This document shows, one piece after another, positions 1 to 13,432 of a stretch of 64,000 nucleotides of DNA (within the stretch, counting starts at the first letter, position 1; each line of letters opens with the position of its first letter). Below the pieces are notes generated by a model. The model saw nothing but the letters and a program-made list of their open reading frames with translations. It was not told the origin of the DNA and did no database searches. The position numbers and the translations under genes were made by a program. The stretch covers positions 8,680,001 through 8,744,000 of the forward strand of contig NC_043006.1 of assembly GCF_006345805.1 (NCBI RefSeq), written 5' to 3'. Source of the DNA: Octopus sinensis (Eukaryota).

Positions 1-171
1 TCAATTCATGGGACAGCTGCTCAGAGGTCTTTAGCCACATTGGAAGTTCTGTAGAATATCACACAACCACATTGCGTCTTCCATTCCTTCAATTTTCAAT
101 TTGCGACAATCTGATCTCTAACTCACTGACATGATATGATGTATCACCCATGAGACTAATGATTGACTTTA

Positions 172-344
172 CACACACACACACACAAACACACACACAT
201 ACGCACACACACATATATGTATAAATATATATATATACATATATATGTATATATATAGATAGATAGATGGATGGATAGACGGATGGATGGATGGATGGAT
301 GGATGGATGGATGGATGGATAGATAGATAGATAGATAGATAGAT

Positions 345-394
<50 letters not shown>

Positions 395-420
395 TAAGAA
401 AGAAAGAAAGAAAGAAAGCA
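172..420. repeat. Compound microsatellite (CA)n-(TA)n-(GGAT)n-(GATA)n-(GAAA)n
   Basis: Read directly; explains the low-complexity ORFs 89..472 and 156..674. Confidence 0.97.
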
Positions 421-1059
421 ATGCAGTCAGTAGCGCAGTGCGGCGATGGGTAGGCAAGGAGTTTCGAAACATTGTTTACATTTAGAGACACATCGCATTG
501 CACGATCCGATAGTTGGGGACCTTAAACACTTTAAACTCCCACGGCAATATCCTTATTTGAACTACAATCATATATTCAATCGGATTAATCAAACAATGT
601 TGTAGAATGAGTTGTCTTTGAAACAAATAACAGATGAAAGGATGAGAGTTAATACAAAATAAAAAAAAATTCAATTAAATTGTGAATATAATTAAATGTT
701 ATTATATCAGACAGAACGATCAGAGAATATGTGAAATATGTATATAAACACATATGCAACCGGCCATATACGACTACTGTTTATGTGCTTACATATTAAT
801 CAGGGGTTATGTTTATAGATGTATACTTGAATTCTAAATGAGATCCACAGGAAATGAATCAGAATTAATTTATATCTATAATCTTATAATGAGAAATATA
901 TAAAATGACCGACGTTGTATCACGTACGGATAGAACATATTCAATTTCTATGGTAACCCTTACACCAGATTAAGCTCTCTCTCACAAAACAGAATAATCA
1001 TAAACACACACAACTTATATATGTAGACACACACACACACATACACACACATATATACA

Positions 1060-2030
1060 CACATATATATATTGTTTTCCAATAAGTGTGAAAACTTATC
1101 CTACTAAACCTCCCCACACCAGATATGTCATCATTTTTATCAGTTTCTAGAAACTCAGCGTCTCTACATCCTATTAACTCACACACATCCATACACTTGG
1201 CAGGCCTGAGTGCCCCTTCATCTTCGCTTTTATCTACCCAGGAAACCTCTTCTCTGTCGTAGACCACCAACGCCTCTTCCCACTACCTTGCTTCGTATAT
1301 GACATGGATCAATCCAACCACACCCTTTCAAGTTTCAGTTGCTTTTTCATCTCTTCTGGTCCATCACGTCTATTCTTTCTCACGTCTATTTTTACTGCAC
1401 TGACATCCGCAGCAGTTTGCTGTCAGCTAAACATCCAATATTCCTCAAATGTTGTACTATTCACCAACCCGTTACGTGCACCCGTCCTCTGGCACATGTC
1501 TCCGCCAACCCGATCCCATGTTCAACATTTAATGCTTATCTTTCTCGAGCATTGTTATTCAATGAATATTGGCAGCTGCTACAGAAACGAGAATCGGTCC
1601 CAGTTACGTTAACACTTTCATTGTTTGCACCTCACGGTTAACTGGAGCCATATCAGTGCTACACAGACGCTAATCAAATTTCTGAACGAGTGCCAAATCA
1701 TTTTCAGGCGAATATATCAACACTTGCAAGACATTTCGCAGCACCTTCCACCCTTGCTTGAAATTCACCTCTTTCATCTCGTAAACACACAGAAACATTC
1801 TACACGCCATTCTTCGTTAGCCACCTCGTTCACAATGTCACAAGCAAATATTTCTAAACACATAACGACTCCCAATCTTAAATTGAGTTTTCCTTTTAAC
1901 TACCCTATCCACATTAAACGCGATATCCCTTACCCTGAATTTGCCTATGTTCCTTGTCTGTGCAGTTGCAGACAGGATTGTTAAGCCGATGCATATTTCA
2001 TAGTCAATCTTTCCATTCAACGGGAATAAT
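1060..2030 (-). mobile_element. Heavily decayed non-LTR retrotransposon RT / 3' region (RTE-like)
   Basis: Minus-strand translation gives degenerate motifs: VLIYS..DLAL (LLYADD-like, near 1700) and RPAKCMDV (GRP.KRWMD-like C-terminal motif, near 1200); many stops and frameshifts. Confidence 0.45.
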
Positions 2031-2099
2031 CTACACAATAGTGAAAGTCTCCCTCACATATACGAGTATATCTAAACATTATGCTATCTATATTTCTAT

Positions 2100-2340
2100 A
2101 AAACTCCCTATCATCGTTCCTATCTATTTATCTGCCTTCGTCAGACCTCCTGAAAGCTACCACAAAACCATTCCGGTTGTAACAGACACGCTATCTATTT
2201 ATCTACCTTCCCCTCGTCTCCGGATAGATACCACCAACCGTTCCGGCTGAAACTTAGATGCTAGCTACTTATCTGCCTTTGTCTCGGGATAGCTACCACC
2301 AACCATTCCAGCTATAACGGAGATGCTGATAAATTATCTT
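2100..2340 (+). repeat. Degenerate ~70-bp minisatellite, about 3 copies
   Basis: Repeating unit approximately ctatttatctgcctt..gtctc.ggatagctaccaccaaccattccggct.taac.gagatgct. Confidence 0.7.
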
Positions 2341-2689
2341 TATCAATGGACATGAAGACTTAATTAGCTAGAACATATTTCGTCAAAAGTATCGATCTGC
2401 TAATAATGATAATAAATCAACAATTTCGACATACTTTTCCACACATTTATGCATCAGCACACATATTTATACATCATATGCACAGACGTATGTACACATA
2501 CGCATCGCGAAGCTCTCGGTCCTGGAGTAATTTTATAGCTTTCACAGATTAAAAGTATAGGAGAGTACGTGTGTGTGTGACTGTGTATGTGTAACTGTGT
2601 GTGCGTGTGTGTTATATTCGTGTTTGTATAAACGTACTTGTATAGTCAATTACTAACAGAATGTATATATGTGTGTGTGTCTGTATAAC

Positions 2690-2960
2690 ATCAACGGTTA
2701 TTCCCGAGCAATAGGCACATAAAGCCGGTGTCTCGGCTTTGTGTGCCGGGAAGCAGATTATGTGGAGTATAAATTTCCCTCTCCTCGACGGGATACCGGC
2801 TTTGCAAACTTACTTTTCTCAGCTTACTAAACTAAAGTTAAGTGGTGTGTTTTGTTCCAGAACACAACACATCTCAGTATCCAGGAGTTACAGCCATAAG
2901 CTTATGGTCATGAAGTCAACATCATTAATAACAAAACTCGAACCTTCAAGTGCAGACCCA
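2690..2960 (-). mobile_element. Old SINE remnant with a 3' tail related to the 36.2-kb SINE
   Basis: Minus strand has a GGTTCGAG B-box-like start, and its end (ccggctttatgtgcct..gctcgggaataac) resembles the tail of the 36215-36512 element (ccggcccttatgagcct..gctggagaatgaac). Confidence 0.45.
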
Positions 2961-3289
2961 CAGACCTACGTATGTCTATAAATTTCGGTTTGCTCCCCGT
3001 TAATAACCTGATGAATAAGAACACCCGGAGAGGCACTCCTAATATGTTTTCCAGTTAAAATTAATAAATGTGTACTCTGCTAAATAATGAAACATATTTC
3101 TTCAATTCAGTATTCAATAGGCTAATAAATAACTTGAGCATAAAACGAACATCATCGATATATTTATATATATATATATAAAAATACGTTTCTGTGTGGT
3201 AAATAGGTTGCTTACCACCCACATGGTACTGGGTTCAGTCCTACAGCGTGGCAACTTCGATACACCACTCCGCTCTCACTAACCTCTAT

Positions 3290-3730
3290 CCAGTAACAAC
3301 ACACTGACTCACACTCCTACCTTAACTCTTCCTTCTCCTACCATACCCACAACAAGTTCTCCATGCCCTACTAACAATACCTCTGTCTGCGCAGGCTCTG
3401 CAGTGACAACCATGACTTTGAGACTCAGTCTCAACACATGGTACGCCACTTCATCCTATGTGTATTTGCATTCACCCTTATCCACACCGCCCTTGCCAGG
3501 GCATCATCTGTGGACTGTGCATCTGCTCTTTCTCCTCGAACCCGCTCATCAGCTACCTCATTTCCCATCAGCTACCACCTCTCTACCCTGCCCCTCCAAC
3601 TCACCATTCTACGAACATTCCTGCGACACTGACCCCTCCACTTCGCACATCTTCCGCAACCTACACCTTTCCGCCTTCAAACGAGCTCATAAACTGCATG
3701 ACCGCCTTGCACCACATGGGTTCAACTTGC
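3290..3730 (+). mobile_element. Penelope-like element fragment (RT thumb/linker region)
   Basis: Frameshifted translation: YHTHNKFSMPY*QYLCLRRLCSDNHDFETQSQHMVRHF..ALARASSVD.. and DPSTSHIFRNLHLSAFKRAHKLHDRL, matching the PLE pattern HP.H.K.SIPYSQ.LRLRR.CS and DP....F...P..AF+R..NL.D.L. Confidence 0.75.
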
Positions 3731-4196
3731 CTCCTCTCTTCATCTGATGCCAACCTCACCTCCTCTCTTCATTTCATACCAACCCCACAGCAATCCACAC
3801 ACACTAGTAGTGATCACTTCCCAGTACCAACACAAACTCTTTCTTTCCATTCATTCGCTATGCTGGACCGCTGAAATCTACAAGTATATATATACATAGT
3901 TGAGAATCCATGGAAAACGAACCTCCACTAAATATCCTCCCTATATATCTGTGCACACCTTTCAATGCAATATGTGCCAGAAGGTCTGAAAATCTAACAG
4001 AGGGCTCAAAATACATTTTAACATTCAGAAAGATGAGAACTTATCAGAAAATCTTCGAGGTGCAACTCGGATGTGCAGTCTATATGGGTGCCATTTCAAG
4101 ATATTATCTGCTTTAAAAAGCCTCATCAGATGCCATGATGGTTGTATGGTCTAGTTTCAAGAGGTGGTCAAACTCTGCATAAGGAGTAGACAACCA

Positions 4197-4241
<45 letters not shown>

Positions 4242-4309
4242 ATATTATATATATATATATATATATACATATATATGCATATTAGTTTCCAATTTTCAGG
4301 CCAACTCCA

Positions 4310-4490
4310 GCAATTCCTGGAAGAGGTAAGTCGACCCTAGTTCTCATCTGGTGTTTATTTTATCGGAACCGAAAAGATGTTAGGTAAAGGCGACCTTGGC
4401 GAATTTTGAACTTAGTTCGAAAAGACGGACGAAATGCTGCTAAGCAATTGACCTGGTGCGGTAGTGATTCTGCAAGATCGCCATTTTATA
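4310..4490 (-). mobile_element. Decayed copy of SINE family B
   Basis: gtcgaccctagtt...tttatcggaaccgaaaagatgttaggtaaaggcgaccttggcgaattttgaact aligns with the clean minus copy at 35940-36174. Confidence 0.65.
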
Positions 4491-4499
4491 TTCTGCCTT

Positions 4500-4538
<39 letters not shown>

Positions 4539-4581
4539 GCTCACACACATGCAAGCACTCGTATTCCTAAAAAATTCAGAA

Positions 4582-4619
<38 letters not shown>

Positions 4620-5489
4620 ATATAGTTATGGATTGCCAAATAAAGAATATAAAGAAATTCAAACAAAAATTGTGTGCGAGAGACACATAATCTATATGAC
4701 AACTTGTAATATTTATACATACAGCTCCCGAGACTAAGATGGCAAATAGCTTCATCCATAGGATACTTTCTGAGAATCATTGGACAACGAGCACGAATCG
4801 TCAGCCTAAAAAGAAAAAAAAAATGATGAAAATACAGTAAATAATTTTTATATATCAGAAACGTGTGCATCAGAATTTAATTAACAGTAATAAGTGCGAA
4901 CATATGTTTGTAAGCAATAATACGGAAACATATTCCATGCGGTATCTATTGATATTTCCCCTTTTGTATTTTAGCTTTATTATATATATATTGTTTAGAG
5001 TTTATTTATTTTATGTATTTAATAATTTTTGTAGTCCGTATCTTGTATACATACACCCACACACACATATATATGACCCAATGTAAATTAATCAATGTAG
5101 TTGCCATCTCATTTTCAGTGTTTTTTTAAGAACTAGAATTAGAGATCCAATATGCATGTGTTTATTTTAATGATAATGTTACAGAATATGAATTGAAGAA
5201 AATGAAGTTATATATATCTAGATCATTGATTACGCGTGTATTTGGTACGGAATACAGAAGAAAGATATGTCGACGCACCCCAGTCTGTGCAATCAATGAA
5301 TGAATGATCGCATCCCCAAAGATTGTGCTAACTTTAAATATTATATATATATATATATTATATATATATATATACTCATGTAATTTTTTAAAAAATGTAT
5401 GTTTTCATTCCTATTTTCGTTGTACTGGGTTTAATTAAAAATATTACATGTATGATGATATTTATACTGTTTTTCGCTGGCAAAATGGA

Positions 5490-6802
5490 GAAATTACTAA
5501 TTGACGTTTAATAAACCACTTAAAAGGATTGTATGACGGATCTAATTACCAAGGCTATTGAATTTATACATAGGATAGGTTGGAAGACCTTTTATTATGA
5601 GAAGGAATTTGAACAAGGATTTGATTCTGAAAAGGAAGGTGTTGAATGTCTTTATAAAAAAAAAAAAAAACTAAAACCAAAGCATTTCCGCCACGGTATT
5701 TGGGGATAATATATTGCCTATAGAGAAAAAAGTAAATTCATTAAGTATCATCTAGGGGGAATGAACAGTTATGGAATCTGAAGAATTTGGTATCTGACCT
5801 TAAACAAAATATGTCTGATAAAACCAGTAACTTGTATAATATTGGTATATTAAAATACTACGACCTAATCAAAAATGAAATAAGTAGTAGGTATAAGGTA
5901 GTAAGTATAGTTTTCTACGGTGTATTAACTTGGAATCTTCGCAGATTATGGAGAATTATAATCTTGATGAAAGGACAGAGCCAGTTTTGCCTATGAGGCC
6001 TAGAATAACTCTAAAAGATATTGAGGATAAATTCTATTCAAAACGTAAAATTAGATTGATTTGCTCAAGGTGATCTGAAATAGGTAAATCATGTAAAATG
6101 TATTTTAGATGAATATTTAACAACACTTAAGAGAAAATTGAAACTTGATCTATGAATGCTATGAATTGTTTTGTTGGAATAGATAATGAAAATAAAAGTA
6201 AATTTAATAGATATTGATAATCATTATCCATCTATAAATCCTATAGTTCTTAATCAGACACTTTTGCTTGCTAACAATAGATCTAAACTTAATTTAAGAG
6301 AAATTAAAATAATTTTAGAAGCTAGAAATTCAGTAATTTTATTTGGTAATAAATACCGGGTTAGCAAAAAATACGAGTGATTCTGGTCTGGTTCCTCATA
6401 TTGCAGGGATATACATTCTGCTTCATTTATGTAGTGAATATTCTGAACTTAAAGGTGGGCTATTAAGGGATGATGCGCTGTTTTTAATTAATACCCTACC
6501 CAATAAGAAATTAGATTTGTATATGAAAAAAAAACGGCATAGATTTTTAAAAGACTTCGTTTATTAATTTCTCATTGAAACGAACATCATTCTCTTAATT
6601 ACATAGATGTTAATCTGAATCTTGTTACAGCCAAATATAGACCATATCATAAACCTAATACAAACTTCAAGTATGTTGATTTTAATAGTAATCATCCTAA
6701 AGTAATTACACGTCTAATTTCCGGTCTAATTTCATTTTTATCTTCTAATGGGAGAATTTTCAGTAATGCTGAATACTATAATGAAGCCTTTAATAAAGCG
6801 AT

Positions 6803-6868
<66 letters not shown>

Positions 6869-7800
6869 TATATATAAGATTGTATATAGTAGAAAGGATA
6901 AAAGCAGTAAAATGTTTAATAATTCTAAATCGATAAACAGCGAATTGTGTAAATTTAGTAAATCTACTAAAAATAAGGATGATACTTTGTAGCAAAGATT
7001 GCTTGCCAACATAAAATGGCAGTCCTGGTTTAGGACTAATGTTGCTGCAATTTAGCCCCAGGAGACATCCTCTCCAGCTGGCTATACGACACGATCTTTG
7101 TCCTTATATTTCCGAACAAGGGAATCTAGCATTCCCACTCAACTAAAATATTCGGTTTGTTAATCCTTTTGCGAAAAAAAAAACAAAAACTAATTTAGTT
7201 AAATATTTTTACAAATCTATATCTAAATATTTCAATAAGGTAAATAAGTATAATAAAATAATTAATAATAAAACGGTTAAAATTGGTTTTTCACTAACTA
7301 AAAGCATTTTTACAATTATCTCTTCGATCAATAACAATAAATTAGATACATGTTTTAGTAATAAAACTAATAATACTTTAACAATGGACGAAATCAAAAT
7401 AAAATCGTGTAGCTAGAACTTGTGATTGTATATTTGTATCCACAAAAAACTTAAATGCAGATGTCGGGTAGAATCTGAAGGAAATAGTTATTTTGATTTT
7501 GGGTAAACCGAAAATTTCAATAAGTGGCGTGTTTCAAATGAAGAATATACATGTAGAAACAGAGATAAGTTATGTAGCTCCAGTTTTAAGTAAATTTATA
7601 TGAGAGTTGCAGGATAATAATAAATTAGTCTGGCTAGATCCTATAAAATTTCTCATAATAGATGTAAAATATGTGTGAAGAAAAATAACATTTTAACATC
7701 AAAAAAGGAAGTTCTTAGCGACAAAAAAGAAATAGTTCCCTCATAAAAGTACTCTTCAAAATATGTGTGAAGAAATTATAATTAAGTTGAATTGATTATT
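5490..7800 (+). mobile_element. Decayed Penelope-like element (RT + GIY-YIG), interrupted by (TA)n at ~6800 and an insertion at ~6990-7180
   Basis: Translations: IDIDNHYPSINPIVLNQTLLLA...EIKIILEARNSVILF; GGLLRDDALFL (YRDD catalytic region); DVNLNLVTAKYRPYHKPNTNFKYVDFNSNHPKVI; downstream IISSINN, FG*TENFNKWRVSN and RCKIC.EK, typical of the PLE endonuclease. Confidence 0.8.
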
Positions 7801-7915
7801 TAGAGGTCTATTTGGTATTAAACTTTGTTAGATAACCTTTGTAAGATAATTAAATGTTATATTGCTATATAAGCTTTAGAAACATTAGAATATATATATT
7901 ATATATATATATATA

Positions 7916-7995
<80 letters not shown>

Positions 7996-8443
7996 TATGT
8001 ATATGTGTACGTGTTTCTGTGTGTGTTTTTCTGTCCATTTGTAGATGCATGCTTGTATGTATATATGTATATATATGTATAAGTGTATGTGTACATGTGT
8101 ATAATATCATTATTGCTATTGTTTAGTAAATAGATTAGGATCATATACTTAATATTTTATGAAGGAATATTTATTAATCTAAAAGTATATTGCGAGTAAA
8201 TTATCGTATAATAACGTTTATTTAAATTCCATTATATTAAATTATAATTTTATATTAGCTATAATTATTTAAATAGTTATAGGTTTTAAATGTGTAAAAA
8301 ATATAATTATGATTATAAATATATTCTTTATTTTATTTTACTTTTATTTTATAGATACATTTATTTTTATATATATTTTTGTGTATGTATATATATTTTC
8401 AATTATATAGTATCAGGGTAGATATGTGTATATGTATATATAT

Positions 8444-8475
<32 letters not shown>

Positions 8476-8504
8476 TCTACCGTGATACTATATAATTGAA
8501 GATA

Positions 8505-8545
<41 letters not shown>

Positions 8546-8776
8546 TATGTATGTATATGTATATATATACATGTGGTGTGTGTATGTATGTTTATACATT
8601 GACATCTGTACATGAGTTATTTGTTAAAACATTTTTTTAATTAGCTATGTTTTGTATATCAGTAAATGAATACATGTTCGTATTATGTATTGTTATGTGT
8701 ATGCATCTATATATGTGTATATATGTCTTATATGTACTATGTATGCATGTATGTGTGTTTTTATAATTATTTCATA

Positions 8777-8815
<39 letters not shown>

Positions 8816-9186
8816 CTTAGAAGCATTATATATTATATTCCTCTAATAAAAAAGTAATTTTTGTGTAGGAAAATAATAATTATAATAATGATATGGAAGT
8901 CATTATGAAGTTTTAAAATTACCATATTAATCTATATTGAATTTTAACATAGAGATTGGATGTATTTAATTTATTACATTATGCTACATTATTATATGAA
9001 TATAATATAATATCGAGTTCTGTTAATAAATTTTAAATATCAATTTTTCATTTTAGTGTTACTTATATCTCCATTTTTTATTCATTTACACACAGACAAA
9101 TACATACGCACACACATACACACACATACATGTATGTATGTATACATGTATGCATGTATATATATGTATGTATGTATATATATATA

Positions 9187-9250
<64 letters not shown>

Positions 9251-9265
9251 TATATATAATATATA

Positions 9266-9337
<72 letters not shown>

Positions 9338-9389
9338 CCCGGGTTGATTCGGGGTTAACCACAGTAAATAAGGTACTCAATACATAGCA

Positions 9390-9442
9390 GGGCTTCCTGA
9401 AGATTTCTCTTGAATGAAACAGTTCTAGTCCTGTAGAAGCTC
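9390..9442 (+). ncRNA. Minimal type I hammerhead ribozyme motif
   Basis: GGGCTTC-CTGAAGA-TTTC(TCTT)GAAT-GAAA-CAG(TTCTAGTC)CTG-TA-GAAGCTC: 7-bp stem I (one G.U), intact core, GUA cleavage after 9435. Confidence 0.8.
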
Positions 9443-9446
9443 CTTC

Positions 9447-9528
<82 letters not shown>

Positions 9529-9683
9529 GACAAATTTCTTTCAGTTTCTGTCTACGAAATCCACTCACACGTCTTTGGTCAACCTTAGGTTTAGGGTTAG
9601 ATATAGGGTATACATATATGTGTCTATGCGCTTCAGTGAGTGTCCTTGGTTGTTTTATGTGTATGCGTGTTTGTAACTGTGTG

Positions 9684-9739
<56 letters not shown>

Positions 9740-10426
9740 TTCTTATACATATAAACACACTCCCTACATATTATTATGTGTTTGTAGGTGATGTCTATAT
9801 GGCTGCATTTATAGGTGTGAGTTTCTCTATGTCTCTATCTAGATCAAGATTAATGTTGGCATCTATGTGTTGCCTGTATGCGTGTCTGTGTGTGTGTGTG
9901 TGCGCGTGCATGTGTCTGAATTTCATGAAAATGTCTGATGACTCTTTTCTATAGTGGAGTAAATAAAATTGTAGCAATTAAATTTAGAGGAGGAAAATAG
10001 ACACTACAAAAATAAACAAAGAAACAAAACAATATACGAATATCATACGCGTCTACAAACAACTAGGCCTTTGCATAGATTAAAATCAAAAAGAAGTTAA
10101 AATCAAAAATATGCTAATATTTTATTGTACTGAGAATAAAACTTTTACAATGCATGCTGATAGGTGTGTCCGAACATGAATATTTGCTAAGTACTAAAGC
10201 GTTCTCAAGGGGCACAATTTATCCCTTTATTTCTTCTTCCTGTTTATAATTAAACAACTTACTGTCACATGAACAATCGTCACATTTACGCATCTAACGA
10301 CAGCTTACATTCCATTTCATATCTTCAAACACACACTTTGAAATCCCTCTGTCTATATATAGTCATCACTGTGTAGATGTCTAGATAGACAAAGAGACAC
10401 AGAGACAGGCAGATGTACAAACAGTC

Positions 10427-10503
<77 letters not shown>

Positions 10504-10881
10504 AATGTTACTATATTTCTTCTCCTTTTGTTTATTACCGTCCGTCAGCCATTTGATATATGTTATGAATCTTGTCCATCAAGCTTTACGAAAAACTTTT
10601 TGGACGCCATTAGTTGTATGGCATATACACAGCTTTCTACTGTTCAGGTGATTACTTTCATCTGACTTACATATTTTAGAGACACAAATCTATTTTACAA
10701 ATTCACGTCATAAGTTCTACTTTACATCGTATACGTGCATGAAAATAAACGCGCGCACACACTGCACATATGTGAATGTCGTCATGCACGCGTGAGTGTG
10801 TATTTCTACGCATGTATACGAAGTTTGGCAGAGTAACTAGCTTGCGGTGTGAATTCGGAAAACTTAGCTTTCTCACTCATA

Positions 10882-11277
10882 TCTTTATATATAAAAGTGA
10901 GGTTGTGTGCTGTCTGTCTCCTACGATTTAGATTCCTTACTACTCCCACATTTTACAGTGCAGTTTAACCAAAACCGGGTATCTTATAGTCGTGATTCAT
11001 ATCGAGCCCTCCTGGGTATTAGCGCGCGTCTGCGATGAGTCTACGATTTAAAAAAAAATTACCATCAAGTTTTCCCATTTTTAATGCATTTTTGGCATAT
11101 ATAAGGGAAGTAACTCCCTAAAAATTTATTATTAAATCTCAGAACGTAAAACGCTACAGTAACCCCCCCCCCTTTGTGGTTAGCCATATTGAGATGACTA
11201 TTATACTTTACATATCTAAAAATACTTATATAGTTATTTCCCTTACAAACCCGAGCAACGCCGGGCGATACTGCTAG
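10882..11277 (+). mobile_element. Non-autonomous Helitron, both ends intact
   Basis: 5' TC (TCTTTATATATAAAAG), 3' hairpin CCCGAGCAACGCCGGG (11250-11265) then CTAG; inserted between A10881 and T11278; no TSD. Confidence 0.9.
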
Positions 11278-12229
11278 TATATATATATATATAATTATGC
11301 GCACACACACAGCATTACACGTTCTCGCTAGCACACGCAGATACACACACAAACATATACACACATGCATCCACACACATATCTGGATTTTAAATATCCC
11401 GGCTAAATCACTAAGGCTACAGAGGACTAAAATGTGTTATAGTTTGCATTTCATTTCATGCTATCTTGAATAAATGGCCGGTACAAAATAAAACGGTTTA
11501 ATAGTTATCAGCCGATTGTCTGCAATCTCGTATTGGTGCGTGTTATAACAGTTAAAGAAAAAGATGATGATGAGTGGAACCACAATGACTTTTCTGGTAA
11601 AAATTGCAAAGACTTATGTTGGAACCTTCAATAAAACAGAATGTATAAACGTTACTTTTATGTAATTGAATTTTGTGACTCTGTTCCCAGCGTCTCCTGG
11701 TCGGAAGCCGTAAAATATAAATGTGTTAAATCTAATTCCCGATTTGACATTTTTAGCAGTTACACTTACTGAAATATTTCTTCAATGCAGTTATGGGGAG
11801 AATGCGTTTAGGAATTGGCATTATGGTGAAATCATGGCAATTATTTTGAAATTTTATTAATAGCTGCATATATCGCAAGAAGCATTGCAATTTGGTACCT
11901 GTGCATATCGTGTCCAATGTATATGAACTTTAGATTGCAGGCTGGCAATTTTCGATAGACTATATTTTTAGTGGTCAGCCACATTTCAAATGTAATTCAA
12001 ATAAAATTGCAAATATATGAACAAATGTCTTTTTTCCGTGATTGTTCTTTTTTATTTTTTTGGAAAAACAGTAGTCTTTCTTCGAGAATATTATCTGACA
12101 AAACAGTTTTATGCATCGTCAGCGTAACATGAGGAGGATTTGGCTGCTATATCTTGTATTTCGATTGATGATTTGATGATTTGAATCAACGCAGGAATGG
12201 TATTTTAACTGTTATTTGTACACGTTCTC

Positions 12230-12420
<191 letters not shown>

Positions 12421-12589
12421 ATTAAGGAATAAATCCAAATTTACAGGGAAAAAATCAGATTTAGGATTAAATCCAATTTTATAGTAAAATATTATATAAT
12501 ATTATTAGAGACAAAACCACTATTTTGCAAAACAAACAAGGAAAGACTTAATCAATACATAAAATTTTAAAAAAAAGTCAAAAAAACCG

Positions 12590-12632
12590 CCACTACAATT
12601 GTTTCTTGTCCTGATCGACAATCTTCAGGTGG
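12590..12632 (-). ncRNA. Minimal type I hammerhead ribozyme motif
   Basis: Reverse complement: CCAC-CTGAAGA-TTGTC(GATCAG)GACAA-GAAA-CAATTG-TA-GTGG; palindromic stem III ACAATTGT; GUA site. Confidence 0.88.
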
Positions 12633-12679
12633 ACTTCCAATAAGTCAGTTTCAAATTATGAAACTGACTTATTGGAAGT

Positions 12680-12722
12680 CCACCTGAAGATTGTCGATCA
12701 ACACAAGAAACAATTGTAGTGG
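12680..12722 (+). ncRNA. Minimal type I hammerhead ribozyme motif
   Basis: CCAC-CTGAAGA-TTGT(CGATCAAC)ACAA-GAAA-CAATTG-TA-GTGG; all core positions intact; cleavage after 12718. Confidence 0.88.
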
Positions 12723-12844
12723 CGGTTTTTTTGACTTTTTATTAAAATTTTATGTATTGATTAAGTCTTTCCTTGTTTGTTTTGCAAAATAGTGGTTTTG
12801 TCTCTAATAATATTATATATATATATATATATATAATTTCAACA

Positions 12845-13432
12845 ATTGAGGGTAAAATTAATTAATTAATCAATTTCACCAAGTATTCAGTATGCAAAGG
12901 GACCATTTAAGGCGAATTCAAATTATTACATTATATAAAAGGGCTTAGTAAAATAAATTACTTTGCCGCATACTGAACTCATTAGAAATAGCAGCTAAAA
13001 AACTTTTTTAAAACTATTTCTAATACTTAAAGAAAACCTCTTTCATATAGTGTTTGCTCAATTCAACTCACGCAAATATGGGGGTAGAGACATTAAAAAA
13101 ATCAAGTGCAAAGGTTATTTGAGAACGTACGTTTCAAGATTAGTCAACACGACATTTCTATCATCAGCTCAGAACTCCCTGGTTTGGATTTGAAAACACT
13201 GAAAGTGGGAGCATACCCTTTCGGCTTCCTCTCGCTTCTGAAGATCTTCAAATAACCTTTGCACTTGATTTTTTTAATGTCTCTACCCCCATATTTGCGT
13301 GAGTTGAATTGAGCAAACACTATATGAAAGAGGTTTTCTTTAAGTATTAGAAATAGTTTTTAAAAAGTTTTTTAGCTGCTATTTCTAATGAGTTCAGTAT
13401 GCGGCAAAGTAATTTATTTTACTAAGCCCTTT

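Larger units (their letters stand above)
12422..12819. mobile_element. PLE pseudo-LTR-like element ending in a 161-bp-arm palindrome
   Basis: Arms 12493-12653 and 12659-12819 are near-perfect reverse complements around loop AATTA; each arm carries an HHR; the start (aggaataaatccaaa..) recurs at ~27205. Confidence 0.8.

Noticed and set aside
4076-4133. Minus-strand CTGATGA...GAAA hammerhead-like string
   Set aside because: Stem I does not close (GGCAT vs TAGAC) and stem II is not a single helix.
9930-9985. CTGATGA-CTC..GAG-TAAA..AATTGTA
   Set aside because: GAAA is absent and stems I and III are broken; at best an unverifiable relic.
11551-11595. Possible 45-nt exon (KEKDDDEWNHNDFS) between AG and GT
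   Set aside because: Weak splice sites, no recognisable homology and no partner exons.
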